From Spirochaetaceae bacterium (GTDB lineage Bacteria; Spirochaetota; Spirochaetia; DSM-2461), in the NCBI GenBank assembly GCA_965224705.1, contig OZ245056.1:2400001-2464000 (forward strand): a stretch of DNA of 64,000 nucleotides, written 5' to 3'. Shown piece by piece: positions 20,003 through 30,172 of the stretch. The notes beneath the pieces are model-generated. The model had not been told where the DNA came from, made no database searches, and was given only the letters and a program-made list of their open reading frames with translations. Within the stretch, counting starts at the first letter, position 1. Each line of letters begins with the position of its first letter. Position numbers and translations under genes: made by a program.

Positions 20003-21352
20003 ATGGTATTGGACAAGTATCTGGATGCAATTGTAGATGTTGATCCGGCCAAATTCGTTGGCAAAGTTGTTCATGTACAGGGACTTCTTATTGAAAGTCG
20101 AGGTCCAAGGGCCGCTGTTGGAGAATTGTGCCATATCAATTCTTCCCGGGGAAGAACTCTAGCCGCAGAAGTGGTGGCCATTAAAGGGGAGATTGTTCAG
20201 CTGATGAGTTATGATCCTCTCCACGGTCTGGAAGTCGGTGACGCTGTTGTTGCATCAGGATCTGCTCTTGATGTTTCTGTGGGACTTAAAATGCTGGGAC
20301 GGGTATTTGATTCCCTTGGACGGCCAATTGACGGTCAGGGTCCGTTTTCTGTACAGGGACGATATCCATTGCATGAATCCTCCCCCAGACCAATGGAAAG
20401 GGCCCCGATATCCGGAAGGGTTGATACAGGAATACGGGCAATTGATGCCATTATGCCCATAGGTCAGGGACAGAGAATGGGGATAATGGCCGGATCGGGT
20501 GTCGGTAAATCAACTCTGCTTGGCATGATTGCCCGAAACACTTCTGCGGATGTGAACGTCATTGCATTGATTGGTGAACGTGGACGTGAAGTGAGGGAAT
20601 TCATCGAAAACGATCTTGGCAGGGAGGGCCTTAAACGATCTGTTTTAGTTGTCTCAACTTCCGATACACCAGCTCTTGCACGAGTCAGAGGTGCATTCAC
20701 TGCAACAGCAATTGCTGAATACTTCCGCAATGAGGGAAACCGTGTCATGCTTTTATTCGACTCAATAACACGCTTTGCCATGAGCCAGCGGGAAATTGGT
20801 CTTGCCATAGGTGAACCGCCGACGACACGAAGCTATACACCGTCTGTTTTTTCTCTTTTACCCAGTTTACTTGAACGTTCCGGGGTTTCTGAGAAAGGAA
20901 CTATTACCGGACTGTATACTGTACTTGTGGAAGGCGATGATTTTGATGAGCCAATAGCGGATGCGGCCCGGGGTTATCTGGATGGACACATTGTTCTCAG
21001 CCGAAGTTTAGCCGACAGGAGTCATTACCCCGCCATCGATATTCTCACTTCCATCAGTCGAGTTGCCCCCCGACTAATGAATAAACGTACTGCTGAAGCG
21101 TCCGAAAAAATCAAAAAACTCGTTGCTACCTACCGGGACAAGGAAGATCTCATTGATGTTGGTGCCTATGTAGCAGGAAGCAATGCCGATATTGATGAGG
21201 CCATCGAAAAACGTGAACCAATTAATGATTTCCTCAAACAGAAAATAACTGAAAAGGAAAATTCAGGGAGTGTTTTTGCAAGGTTGGCTGAAATTGCTGG
21301 ATTAGAGCCAGAATCTGGAGAACCTGATGAAGAGATTTCGGTTTACGCTTGA
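20003..21352 (+). CDS. fliI: Flagellar export ATPase FliI
   Basis: GQRMGIMAGSGVGKS, GERGRE, DSITRFA, LDGHIVLSR, HYPAID. Start ATG 20003. Confidence 0.97.
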   Translation: MVLDKYLDAIVDVDPAKFVGKVVHVQGLLIESRGPRAAVGELCHINSSRGRTLAAEVVAIKGEIVQLMSYDPLHGLEVGDAVVASGSALDVSVGLKMLGRVFDSLGRPIDGQGPFSVQGRYPLHESSPRPMERAPISGRVDTGIRAIDAIMPIGQGQRMGIMAGSGVGKSTLLGMIARNTSADVNVIALIGERGREVREFIENDLGREGLKRSVLVVSTSDTPALARVRGAFTATAIAEYFRNEGNRVMLLFDSITRFAMSQREIGLAIGEPPTTRSYTPSVFSLLPSLLERSGVSEKGTITGLYTVLVEGDDFDEPIADAARGYLDGHIVLSRSLADRSHYPAIDILTSISRVAPRLMNKRTAEASEKIKKLVATYRDKEDLIDVGAYVAGSNADIDEAIEKREPINDFLKQKITEKENSGSVFARLAEIAGLEPESGEPDEEISVYA

Positions 21353-21779
21353 AACCCTCCTCAATCTGCGCCGTGAAAAGGAACAGGAATGTGAGATCAC
21401 ATTGGCACGTGCCGCAGGAAAACTCAAAATGATAGAGAAGGAAATAGAAGCTGTTCGGCAGACTGGTGATGAAGTTTTTACCCAGAAAATTGAAACTCTT
21501 GATGATCTACAGGCCAGAGATAGAATCTGGTTGAAAATGGTGAATGAACTCAAAAAACTGGAGGTCTCCAGACAGGAGGCTTTTTCTCACTATGAAACTG
21601 CTGGAAAGCAATACAGAGAAGCCTACATGCAGCATAAGACTCTGGATAGATTGAAGGAGCGGCGATTGGAGCATTGGAAAGGAACTGCGGCCCGAGAAGA
21701 AATCAATCAGCGTGATGAAGTGGCAAGAGGTGTGGGAAGAAGAAGACGTGTAATGGGAGAAACATATGAGTATTCGTGA
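21327..21779 (+). CDS. fliJ: Flagellar export protein FliJ
   Basis: MKRFRFTLETLLNLR N-terminus, coiled coil, follows fliI. Confidence 0.9.
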   Translation: MKRFRFTLETLLNLRREKEQECEITLARAAGKLKMIEKEIEAVRQTGDEVFTQKIETLDDLQARDRIWLKMVNELKKLEVSRQEAFSHYETAGKQYREAYMQHKTLDRLKERRLEHWKGTAAREEINQRDEVARGVGRRRRVMGETYEYS

Positions 21780-22422
21780 AATTGGTGTTGTGATCGCCAA
21801 AATAGTATTCATGCTCATACTCCTGCTGACCGTGATAACCGGCGGTCTTGTCTGGATGGATTATCTTGGATTCATTGACTTCAGATCCCGGCTGGCACCT
21901 GTCGCTTCTTTTCTGGGTTTCAAAGCATTGGAACAGGAAGAACAGCCTTTTTCTCCTGTCCTGCTCGATGATGAGCGCCTGGAAAAAGAGCGCCAGGCAT
22001 TGACCATTCGGCAGCAGGAATTTGAGAAGATGATGGAGGAGTTTGCTCTCAGGGAAGCAGAATTAAAACAGAGAGAGAGTGAAATAGCCGAAAGAGAAAA
22101 ATCGGTTGAAGAAAGACAGAATTCTCTAAACGAGGCCATCAGTCAATACGACAATAGAATAGTAAACCTGGAGCAAACGGCACAGTACATGATGGGAATG
22201 CCTCCCTCTGATGCTGTTGCGATTATGGATCAATATGAGTTGAATAATCTTGTCGATCTGCTCCGGACGAGTGAACGTCTGTCCCAGGCGGCTGGAGAAG
22301 CATCACTGGTATCCTTCTGGCTTTCCATCATGTCTGATCGAAATCGAGCGGCAGAAATACAGCGTTTACTGGTGGAGAAACCCGGTATGAGTCTGAATAG
22401 TCAAAGATTTCAGGAGAATTGA
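21766..22422 (+). CDS. flbB: Periplasmic-flagellum collar protein FlbB
   Basis: TM ending GGLVWMDYLG, coiled coil, MPP..AV.I and SLV..WLS motifs; located between fliJ and fliK as in other spirochaetes. Confidence 0.85.
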   Translation: MSIREIGVVIAKIVFMLILLLTVITGGLVWMDYLGFIDFRSRLAPVASFLGFKALEQEEQPFSPVLLDDERLEKERQALTIRQQEFEKMMEEFALREAELKQRESEIAEREKSVEERQNSLNEAISQYDNRIVNLEQTAQYMMGMPPSDAVAIMDQYELNNLVDLLRTSERLSQAAGEASLVSFWLSIMSDRNRAAEIQRLLVEKPGMSLNSQRFQEN

Positions 22423-23702
22423 TGACCAGTTTGTCGTTTAAAGAATTGAATAATGTTGAAGGACAGGAAAACGCTCTTCGATTAGAATCCGGGAAAATTT
22501 TCAGGAACAATGATCGAAAAAAAACTTCAAAGGCAACATTCAAAGACGCACTGAAGAAGGCTGCATCAAACGATCAAACGACTCCTCGGAAGAATGCGTC
22601 AAAGAGCAGTCCTCCGTCCAGAAAAAATGCGGCAGAACTGCGGACAGATGTGAAACTGACAGGAATAGAGAAATCGGGCAGAACACTTGCAAAGATAAAA
22701 CTGACAGGGACTGAAAAAACAGCGGATCAACCTTCCCCGGACGTTAAAGAAGCAGCAGAGATAAAAGAAAAAAATGCAGTTGATCATAGATCAGATGATT
22801 CCCTGTTTGAATTACAGGGGAAGAAAAAAAATGGGCTGAAAAAATCCGCAGCATTAATCTCAAAGTCAGCCGAGGATGATGCGCCTTTATCTTCCAGGCT
22901 GGATGCAGAGAGTATAGCAGCCGGGTTCAATGATGGTAAAGACGGGCAGCAAGTCAAAAAGGGAAGGAATGAAAAAACCAGGGAGCTGGAAAACACAAAA
23001 AAATTCTCCAATGGTGAACAGTCGATAATAAAACTCTCAAACCTGACAGATAATTCCAGACGGGTGGAGGTTATCGACAGGCGAGTGCTCTCCTCTCAAA
23101 AAGTGGCCGAATCCAGGCAGAGAAATCATAGGAAGAAGGCTGCCGGGTCAGGTGCGGATCTTTCAGGAACTTTGATTCGAAATTCTGGTGATTCCAAATT
23201 TGCCATTCTCGAAACCGAAATAAATATTCCCAGGAGTTTTGGGAATAGAACAGGTACAGAAAGCATTGCAGAGGCATTATCCAGGAAGCTTGATAATCAA
23301 TCCGGAAATGAAATCGTTCAGCAGGTGAAGCTTCTTCTCAATCGTGCGGAATCTGGTGAGATCAGGATTAATTTGAAACCGGACAGTCTTGGCCGGGTCA
23401 GAGTGAATATACAGATGGAGAATAATCGTCTTTCCGGCAGAGTTCTTGTTGAATCTGCTGCGGCAAGAAATGCTTTCCGTTCCAGCCTGGATAATTTGCA
23501 GGCGAAATTAATTGAAAGCGGGTTCAATGACGCCGATCTTACTCTTACATGGGATGACAGGAGCAATCAGCATCCCGGCCAGGGCGGCCGCTTTGCAAAC
23601 AGGGATAGCAGTGGCGATATAAAAAAAGCCATTCAGGATTTTGAAGTCTTATCTGCCGGGAACTACAGTGTTTTCGAAGGGCAGATAGATATGGTGGTGT
23701 AG
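22422..23702 (+). CDS. fliK: Flagellar hook-length control protein FliK
   Basis: Low-complexity N-terminal region; C-terminal GEIRINLKPDSLGRV (T3S4 domain); precedes flgD. Confidence 0.88.
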   Translation: MTSLSFKELNNVEGQENALRLESGKIFRNNDRKKTSKATFKDALKKAASNDQTTPRKNASKSSPPSRKNAAELRTDVKLTGIEKSGRTLAKIKLTGTEKTADQPSPDVKEAAEIKEKNAVDHRSDDSLFELQGKKKNGLKKSAALISKSAEDDAPLSSRLDAESIAAGFNDGKDGQQVKKGRNEKTRELENTKKFSNGEQSIIKLSNLTDNSRRVEVIDRRVLSSQKVAESRQRNHRKKAAGSGADLSGTLIRNSGDSKFAILETEINIPRSFGNRTGTESIAEALSRKLDNQSGNEIVQQVKLLLNRAESGEIRINLKPDSLGRVRVNIQMENNRLSGRVLVESAAARNAFRSSLDNLQAKLIESGFNDADLTLTWDDRSNQHPGQGGRFANRDSSGDIKKAIQDFEVLSAGNYSVFEGQIDMVV

Positions 23703-23710
23703 GAGTCAGT

Positions 23711-24145
23711 ATGGATATAGTCAACACTTTGAGTGGGCCCAGTCTTGTGGATCTTGAGAGACAGGTTGATTCATTGAATGCAAAGATGAGTCACACACGC
23801 AGCGTACAGGAAAATCTTCAGAGGGATGATTTTCTCAAGATTCTGATTACTCAGCTTCAGCATCAGAATCCATCAAAGCCAATGGAAGACAGGGAGTTCA
23901 TTGCTCAAATGGCCCAGTTCTCATCATTGGAACAGATGACCAACATGAGCCGACAGTTTGCGGAGCTTTCAGCAACGATGAAAAATGCCCAGGCTGTGAA
24001 TCTTGTGGGGCGGAGTGTGGAGATAAATCATGGGAAATCAACAGTTCATGGAATTGTTGAAGCTGTCAACGGCAACACATTCCCGCAATTACTTGTGGAT
24101 GGTGTGTATTACAACTATGACGATGTTGTAAAAGTAATGAAATAA
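23711..24145 (+). CDS. flgD: Hook capping protein FlgD
   Basis: DDFLKILITQLQHQNP..PM...EFIAQMAQFSSLEQ. Confidence 0.96.
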   Translation: MDIVNTLSGPSLVDLERQVDSLNAKMSHTRSVQENLQRDDFLKILITQLQHQNPSKPMEDREFIAQMAQFSSLEQMTNMSRQFAELSATMKNAQAVNLVGRSVEINHGKSTVHGIVEAVNGNTFPQLLVDGVYYNYDDVVKVMK

Positions 24146-24161
24146 CAGGAGAGATAAGACT

Positions 24162-25574
24162 ATGATGCGATCACTTTATTCCGGTGTCTCCGGTTTGCAG
24201 AATCACCAGATCCGAATGGATGTTATTGGTAATAATATTTCCAATGTGAATACGATTGGATTCAAAAGAGGGCGAGTGAATTTCCATGATCTTATTTCTC
24301 AGAACATGAGTGGTGCAGCCAGGCCAACTGATGAGGTTGGAGGTGTGAATCCCAAACAGATAGGCCTGGGAATGATGGTGGCCAGTATTGACACAATTCA
24401 TTCACAGGGGTCTTTGCAGACAACTGGGGTGATATCTGATATTGCCATCCAGGGCAATGGTTTTTACATTCTCCGTTCAGGTGATAAAGAACTCTATACG
24501 CGGGCAGGGGCATTCGACCTGGATGCTGAAGGGTATGTCGTGAATCCTGCAAATGGAATGAGACTTCAGGGATGGCTGCCTGAGGATCTGGGAGATGGTC
24601 AGTTCGGTGCCATAAAAACGGCTGCTGATGTGCAGGATCTCATTGTTCCTGTGGGTTCTAAAGATCCTGCCCGGGCTACAACTCTGGTGGAACTGGCAAG
24701 TAATCTGGATAAAAGAACCCCTGTCATACCTCCGGGTGCTGGACCGGCAACTGTTGCGGAAGGAACCTGGAATCTGGATAAGGAGATCTATGACTCCTTC
24801 GGCAATGCCCATGAAATACGCATAAACTTCACCCGGACACCGGATATCAACAATTCCTGGGATGTTGTTGTACAGATTGACGCGGACAGACCAGCCGATG
24901 CAGAAGTTCCCTCCAATGTTACATTGGGTTTCGATCCGGCAACGGCGGCTGGAAATGGTAACAATGAGGGTGAATTTACCATAACGTTTGACAATCTCGG
25001 GGCTATATCCACTGTGACTGATGCCCAGGGTAATGTAATTGATGCTGGCCGAATACAGATTCCCGTTACATTTGATATCGAAAATGACGCCAATGGTGAG
25101 ATAATTACGCAGAACTTTTTGATAGATGTGGGAGAAGTTGGCAGCTATACAAATTCCACGACTCAATTCGCAGAATCTTCAAGTACGAAGGCTTTCAGGC
25201 AGGATGGGTTTTCCATGGGCTATCTGGAAACCTACAGCATAGATCAAAAGGGCGTTATTTCCGGAATCTACTCCAATGGAACTATAAGGGAACTTGGTCA
25301 GGTAGCGTTGGCCAGCTTCACAAATCCTGGAGGCCTAACGAAAGTTGGAGAAACAGCATTCAGCCAATCGATAAATTCAGGTGAAGCTTTGCTGGGGCCT
25401 TCAGGCGTTGCCGGGAAGGGAAAAATCATTTCCGGTGCGTTGGAGATGAGCAAGGTTGATCTGGCTGAAGAATTCACTGATATGATAGTGACTCAGCGCG
25501 GTTTCCAATCCAACAGCAAGACCATCCAGACTTCAGATCAAATGCTTCAGGAACTTTTGACACTTAAACGATAA
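24162..25574 (+). CDS. flgE: Flagellar hook protein FlgE
   Basis: MMRSLYSGVSGL..HQ.RMDVIGNNISNVNTIGFK, YTRAGAF, LEMSKVDLAEEFTDMIVTQRGFQ. Confidence 0.98.
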   Translation: MMRSLYSGVSGLQNHQIRMDVIGNNISNVNTIGFKRGRVNFHDLISQNMSGAARPTDEVGGVNPKQIGLGMMVASIDTIHSQGSLQTTGVISDIAIQGNGFYILRSGDKELYTRAGAFDLDAEGYVVNPANGMRLQGWLPEDLGDGQFGAIKTAADVQDLIVPVGSKDPARATTLVELASNLDKRTPVIPPGAGPATVAEGTWNLDKEIYDSFGNAHEIRINFTRTPDINNSWDVVVQIDADRPADAEVPSNVTLGFDPATAAGNGNNEGEFTITFDNLGAISTVTDAQGNVIDAGRIQIPVTFDIENDANGEIITQNFLIDVGEVGSYTNSTTQFAESSSTKAFRQDGFSMGYLETYSIDQKGVISGIYSNGTIRELGQVALASFTNPGGLTKVGETAFSQSINSGEALLGPSGVAGKGKIISGALEMSKVDLAEEFTDMIVTQRGFQSNSKTIQTSDQMLQELLTLKR

Positions 25575-25618
25575 TCAGGATATTCGTCTCACTGAGAAGA
25601 CGTTGAGGAAGATTTGGT

Positions 25619-25828
25619 ATGATCAAAGTTAGTTTGCCGGGTAAATCAGAGCGGCATGTTCTTCTGAATCCTCACTTGATTGAGTATATCGAGGAATCCG
25701 GTGCGGGAAGAACAGGGTTGTTGTTAACAACTGGCAAACGTTTTGTTGTAAACGAATCACCCAGTGAAATCCAGGCTCTGATTATTGATTACAGACGGAA
25801 GATCGGTTCTTTCTCACAAGAGGAGTAG
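25619..25828 (+). CDS. flbD: Flagellar FlbD-family protein
   Basis: MIKV...LNPHLIE.IE...L.TGK..VV.ES..EI...II.YRRKI pattern, between flgE and motA. Confidence 0.85.
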   Translation: MIKVSLPGKSERHVLLNPHLIEYIEESGAGRTGLLLTTGKRFVVNESPSEIQALIIDYRRKIGSFSQEE

Positions 25829-25832
25829 ATGT

Positions 25833-26612
25833 ATGGATATTGCAACAATCGGTGGAATGGCAGCAGGTTTAATCCTCATATTTACAGCCTTCGTTCTTGG
25901 AGGCAACAATATTATGGGGTTGGTGGATATCAACTCATTTGTTGTCGTCATATTTGGTTCTCTTGCAGCGGTTATTGCTGGTAATCCCCTGCGAAGAACA
26001 ATGAATCTTATCCGGTATATGAATATTGCTTTTCAACTTCCTTCATTGCAGGACAAAACTGTTCTTATCGGACAACTTGTTGAGTTTTCAACCAGTGCCC
26101 GCAAAGAAGGACTTCTATCTCTTGATGATTCCCTGGATGATCTGGAAGATGATTTCTTACGTGGAGGACTGCGGCTTGTCGTTGATGGTACGGATCCGGA
26201 TATTATCAAGAGAATTCTTTATACAAATCTCGATCAGGTGGAATTCCGGCATGAAAATGGAATCGGAGTATTTGAAAGATGGGCTAAACTTGCTCCGGCA
26301 TTTGGTATGATTGGAACACTTCTCGGACTCATTGGTATGATGGCGAACCTTGAAGATACAGCTTCAATCGGCCCCAATATGGCGATTGCCCTTGTCACGA
26401 CTCTTTATGGCACCATTTTTGCCAATTTGATTATCATTCCAATTCAGAGCAAACTACAGGATAGACATAATGATGAAATGCAGTTGAAGGAGATCATCAT
26501 TCAGGGAATTCTCTCCATTCAAAGTGGTGATAATCCTCGAATACTTGAGGATAAACTTTTGACATTTATACCTCCATCAGAAAGACCTACCCAGAGTGTA
26601 ACAGGAGATTAA
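25833..26612 (+). CDS. motA: Stator protein MotA
   Basis: MDIATIGG, ARKEGLLSL, APAFGMIGTLLGLI, TTLYG, GDNPR. Confidence 0.96.
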   Translation: MDIATIGGMAAGLILIFTAFVLGGNNIMGLVDINSFVVVIFGSLAAVIAGNPLRRTMNLIRYMNIAFQLPSLQDKTVLIGQLVEFSTSARKEGLLSLDDSLDDLEDDFLRGGLRLVVDGTDPDIIKRILYTNLDQVEFRHENGIGVFERWAKLAPAFGMIGTLLGLIGMMANLEDTASIGPNMAIALVTTLYGTIFANLIIIPIQSKLQDRHNDEMQLKEIIIQGILSIQSGDNPRILEDKLLTFIPPSERPTQSVTGD

Positions 26613-26615
26613 TGC

Positions 26616-27359
26616 ATGTCCGATCAAGAGAGGGCCGCTAAAAAAGAAAAAGGTTCTGGTGGTGCTGATGACTGGCTCACAACTTACGCTGATATGGTCA
26701 CTCTTCTCCTTACTTTTTTTGTTTTACTGATGAACCCAGATAATCCAATTGACAGCCAGAGAGTTGAATTAATTATGCAGGCTTTTCAGGGACTTGGCCC
26801 CATGCAGGGTGGAAATACTCTGTCGGAAGGAATCCTGGCTGAGTTGGGCAATGATGTGGCGAATTTGCCATCAAAAACTGGGGGGAACCGTCTTAAGAAT
26901 GCCCGCAAAAAAGCTGTAAGTGAATTTCAACCAGAAATACAAAACCGATTTGTGAAGATAAAGGAAGATGAACGGGGTCTGGTCATTACCCTTGCCGGTG
27001 ATTTCCTTTTTAAGAGGGGCAGTGCTGAAGTTGATCTGGAACAATCCAGAAATACACTGCGAAAACTTGCTCAATATCTTGAATCCGACGATCTGGAGAA
27101 TAGAAAAATTCGTCTTGAAGGTCATTCAGACTCACTGCCAACAGAACCCCAGGGTCCATGGCCTACAAACTGGGAGTTATCAGCCGCTCGTTCATCATCT
27201 GTTTTGCATTATCTTGTTGATTATGGAGCAACAGAAAATCGCTTTCAAATTGCAGGTTTTGCCGATACAGTGAAAATCCGCAATCCAGAACGAACGGAAG
27301 CCGATCGTGCTGAAAACAGACGAGTTGATATTGTTATTCTCAAAGAAGGACATGAATGA
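26616..27359 (+). CDS. motB: Stator protein MotB
   Basis: WLTTYADMVTLLLTFF; OmpA-like EGHSD, NWELSAAR, NRRVDI. Confidence 0.96.
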   Translation: MSDQERAAKKEKGSGGADDWLTTYADMVTLLLTFFVLLMNPDNPIDSQRVELIMQAFQGLGPMQGGNTLSEGILAELGNDVANLPSKTGGNRLKNARKKAVSEFQPEIQNRFVKIKEDERGLVITLAGDFLFKRGSAEVDLEQSRNTLRKLAQYLESDDLENRKIRLEGHSDSLPTEPQGPWPTNWELSAARSSSVLHYLVDYGATENRFQIAGFADTVKIRNPERTEADRAENRRVDIVILKEGHE

Positions 27360-27380
27360 ATAAAATATATAAAACAGGGG

Positions 27381-27410
27381 CTGACACACTTTTCGTAAAT
27401 ATGCTATTGT
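27381..27410 (+). promoter_or_regulatory. Putative internal sigma70 promoter upstream of fliL
   Basis: CTGACA (27381-27386) and an extended -10 TGcTATTGT (27402-27410), with an A-rich UP-like tract upstream. Confidence 0.45.
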
Positions 27411-27440
27411 TTTATAGACATCAAGGGAGGGCGATGTCCT

Positions 27441-28006
27441 ATGTCTGATGAACAGCTGGAACTTGGTAACGCCTTGGAATCTGAGGGTGAAGGTTTTACT
27501 TCTGAGCCGACAAAGCGCAAATTATTCTCAGATCGAATAGTAAAACTCTTATTCTTTCTTGTATTCGGTGTCATTGCTATATTCCTGAGTATTACGATCG
27601 TTTCTTTACATATCGGTTCATGGATAGGGGGAATCGAACGCGTCAATTCCCGGTTTTATCCGAAGAGTATAATACAGTTGTACCAGAATATGCTATCTGG
27701 ACATTTCTCGCTGATGATGGCTATGATTTGAGAACTCAAACAAGTGATCAGGAACGGTTCACAGTTTCAGCAAGAATCAAGTTTGGTTACGATGATAAAA
27801 CTTACAAAGAACTCTCCAGTGAACTGACCAGTAAGAATGATATTTTGATGGATGCGATACGCTTTTATTTCAGCCAGCGAACGAAGGCTCAGTTATCGGA
27901 TGAAATGGCGGTGAAAGCAGAATTGCTGAGCAGGGTTAACAGTTACCTTTCCCAGGGAGAAATTGAGCAGATATTGTTTTTGCAGTATCAAATTATTGGG
28001 CTGTAG
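27441..28006 (+). pseudogene. fliL: Flagellar basal-body protein FliL, split by a -1 frameshift (or a sequence error)
   Basis: The N-terminal part with TM is in frame 27441 and the periplasmic domain is in frame 27620-28006. Adding one T at the 27601-27603 T-run joins them as ...ITIVFFTYRFMDRGN... (188 aa). Located between motB and fliM. Confidence 0.85.
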
Positions 28007-28023
28007 TTAAATAGGAGAACCAA

Positions 28024-29055
28024 GTGACAGAAGTTCTGTCCCAGGACGAAATTGATCAACTACTCACCGCCATTAGTTCTGGAACTACCGAAACTGAGGA
28101 AACGACACATACAGCGGAACGAAGAAATATCCGTATATGGGATTTTCGCCGTCCTGATAAGTTTTCAAAGGAGCAAATTCGGACAGTTTCATTCATGCAT
28201 GAAACGTTTGCACGTCTTACAACTACAAGTTTGGCCGCTCAGCTGAGATCCATGGTTCATGTCCATGTTGCATCAGTCGATCAGCTTACATATGAAGAAT
28301 TCCTTCGGTCAATACCCTCTCCAACTGCCCTGGCTGTTATCAGTATGGATCCTCTCTCTGGTTCTGCCATACTTGAAATCGACCCGGCCATTACTTTTAC
28401 AATGATTGATCGATTGTTTGGCGGCCCCGGAGAAGGGGTTAAAATCAACAGGGAAATATCGGAAATTGAACGTGCCGTCATGGAATCCATCATTGTCCGG
28501 GTCCTTGGAAACCTGCGTGAATCCTGGAGTCAGGTAGTCGATCTTCGCCCAAGATTGGGTCAAATTGATACGAATCCCCAGTTTGTACAAATAGTCCCGC
28601 CGACAGAAATGGTGTTATTGGTAACATTGGAAACGAAAATCGAAAACGTTGAGGGAATGATAAACATCTGTATACCCTACCTGACGATTGAGCCTATTAT
28701 TTCAAAGCTGTCAGCACAATACTGGTATTCTTCAGTTCGCCGGGGTATTTCTTCAGAGAATCTGATTTTGCTCAAGGAGAAATTGGAGAAGGTTTTTATT
28801 CCGATTATTGCTGAAATTGGGAAAATCAATCTGCCTATGAAGAATATTATTTCAATGGAGCCTGGAAATGTCATACGTCTTCCAGGTGTTCGAATTGGAG
28901 ATCAAATGACTCTAAAAATGGGGAATAAACCAAAATTTGAGTGCAGGCCGGGTGTGATAGGAACTCGGCTGGCTGTTCAGGTGACACGGCAGATTGAAGG
29001 TATTGATGAAACAGAATTTGACGAGCTTATTTCCGAAGGAGAATTAGATGAGTGA
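28024..29055 (+). CDS. fliM: Motor switch protein FliM
   Basis: VLSQDEIDQLL CheY-binding peptide, DFRRPDKFSKEQ, LFGG.G. Confidence 0.97.
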   Translation: MTEVLSQDEIDQLLTAISSGTTETEETTHTAERRNIRIWDFRRPDKFSKEQIRTVSFMHETFARLTTTSLAAQLRSMVHVHVASVDQLTYEEFLRSIPSPTALAVISMDPLSGSAILEIDPAITFTMIDRLFGGPGEGVKINREISEIERAVMESIIVRVLGNLRESWSQVVDLRPRLGQIDTNPQFVQIVPPTEMVLLVTLETKIENVEGMINICIPYLTIEPIISKLSAQYWYSSVRRGISSENLILLKEKLEKVFIPIIAEIGKINLPMKNIISMEPGNVIRLPGVRIGDQMTLKMGNKPKFECRPGVIGTRLAVQVTRQIEGIDETEFDELISEGELDE

Positions 29056-30172
29056 TGGAGTCCTCTCTCAAGATGAAATTGATGCTTTGCTGGGAGGTGA
29101 TGCAATTCCTTCCATGCCTTCAGATACTGGTGCTGGCGGTCCGAATGCTTCGGGCAGCATGGATTTGAGCGGCATAATTGAATTGCTTGAACCAGTCGCC
29201 GACAATCTGGGTGAATCACTGACTGCTGCCCTGTCAAAGAAAGTAAGCTTTGGTAAACCAGATATACAAATAGTTGCCAGGGAAGATCTTCTTCCTGTTC
29301 TACCGGATGAAATTGTGGAGTTTAAGAGTAACTTCAAGGGGGGATTAACCGGCATGCATCTCCATCTGATCTCCAGGGATGATGCATTGAAAATAGCCGC
29401 ACCAATGATAGGTCAGGATGGTTTGGAACTGGATGAAACAACGATTGGTGCTGTCGGTGAAGCTGTGAATCAAATTAATGGTATAACTCTGGCTGCAATT
29501 GGAGAAAAAGTAAGTGATGCAATTCTACCGGATGTGCCGGAAGGTCAGGTAATCCCTAAAGCAACGATCGGCCTTCCTGACGGTCAGATAATCCAGGCGA
29601 TTTACAATGTTGAGGTTGAGGATCAGGGCAGTTTTGAAATACGGGAAATCTTTGAGATGGAAATGCTGAGCAGTTTCATTGGCAAACAGACACTCAGCAG
29701 TGATGCAGATTCTCTGAGTTCTTTTGAATCATTGATGGAAACGGCCCCTGCAGCGAACCAGATGAGTAATCCTGGACAGGTCTCGCTTAATACGGACATG
29801 TCGTCTGGACTGGGCAGCCCATTGATTGGAGTTTCAGGTGATAATGCTTCTGCCAGACCCAGTGTTCAGGGAATACAACTGCCCAATCTTTCGCCATTAA
29901 GCTCTGCGGGTGAACAGAGAAACATTGGACTCCTCATGGATGTGTCCATGGAACTCTCCGTTGAACTTGGACGAACAAAATGGAAAATTAAGGATATCCT
30001 TGGTATTGGTGAAGGTACAATCGTTGAATTGGATAAACTTGCCGGTGAACCTGTGGATATTCTGGTTAACAACAATCTTCTTGCTAAAGGTGAGGTTGTT
30101 GTTATTGATGAGAACTTCGGAGTCCGCATAACTGAAATTGTCACAACAATCGATAGAATGACTGAGCATTGA
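29048..30172 (+). CDS. fliY: Motor switch protein FliY (CheC-like domain plus FliN domain)
   Basis: LSQDEIDALL, middle CheC-like domain (GEAVNQ), C-terminal SpoA domain (GEVVVIDENFGVRI). Confidence 0.92.
   Translation: MSDGVLSQDEIDALLGGDAIPSMPSDTGAGGPNASGSMDLSGIIELLEPVADNLGESLTAALSKKVSFGKPDIQIVAREDLLPVLPDEIVEFKSNFKGGLTGMHLHLISRDDALKIAAPMIGQDGLELDETTIGAVGEAVNQINGITLAAIGEKVSDAILPDVPEGQVIPKATIGLPDGQIIQAIYNVEVEDQGSFEIREIFEMEMLSSFIGKQTLSSDADSLSSFESLMETAPAANQMSNPGQVSLNTDMSSGLGSPLIGVSGDNASARPSVQGIQLPNLSPLSSAGEQRNIGLLMDVSMELSVELGRTKWKIKDILGIGEGTIVELDKLAGEPVDILVNNNLLAKGEVVVIDENFGVRITEIVTTIDRMTEH

Noticed and set aside
22631..22712. Degenerate ~45-bp duplication in fliK (KLTGIEK / KLTGTEK)
   Set aside because: Only about 11 bp are identical, and such duplications are expected in the low-complexity ruler region of FliK.
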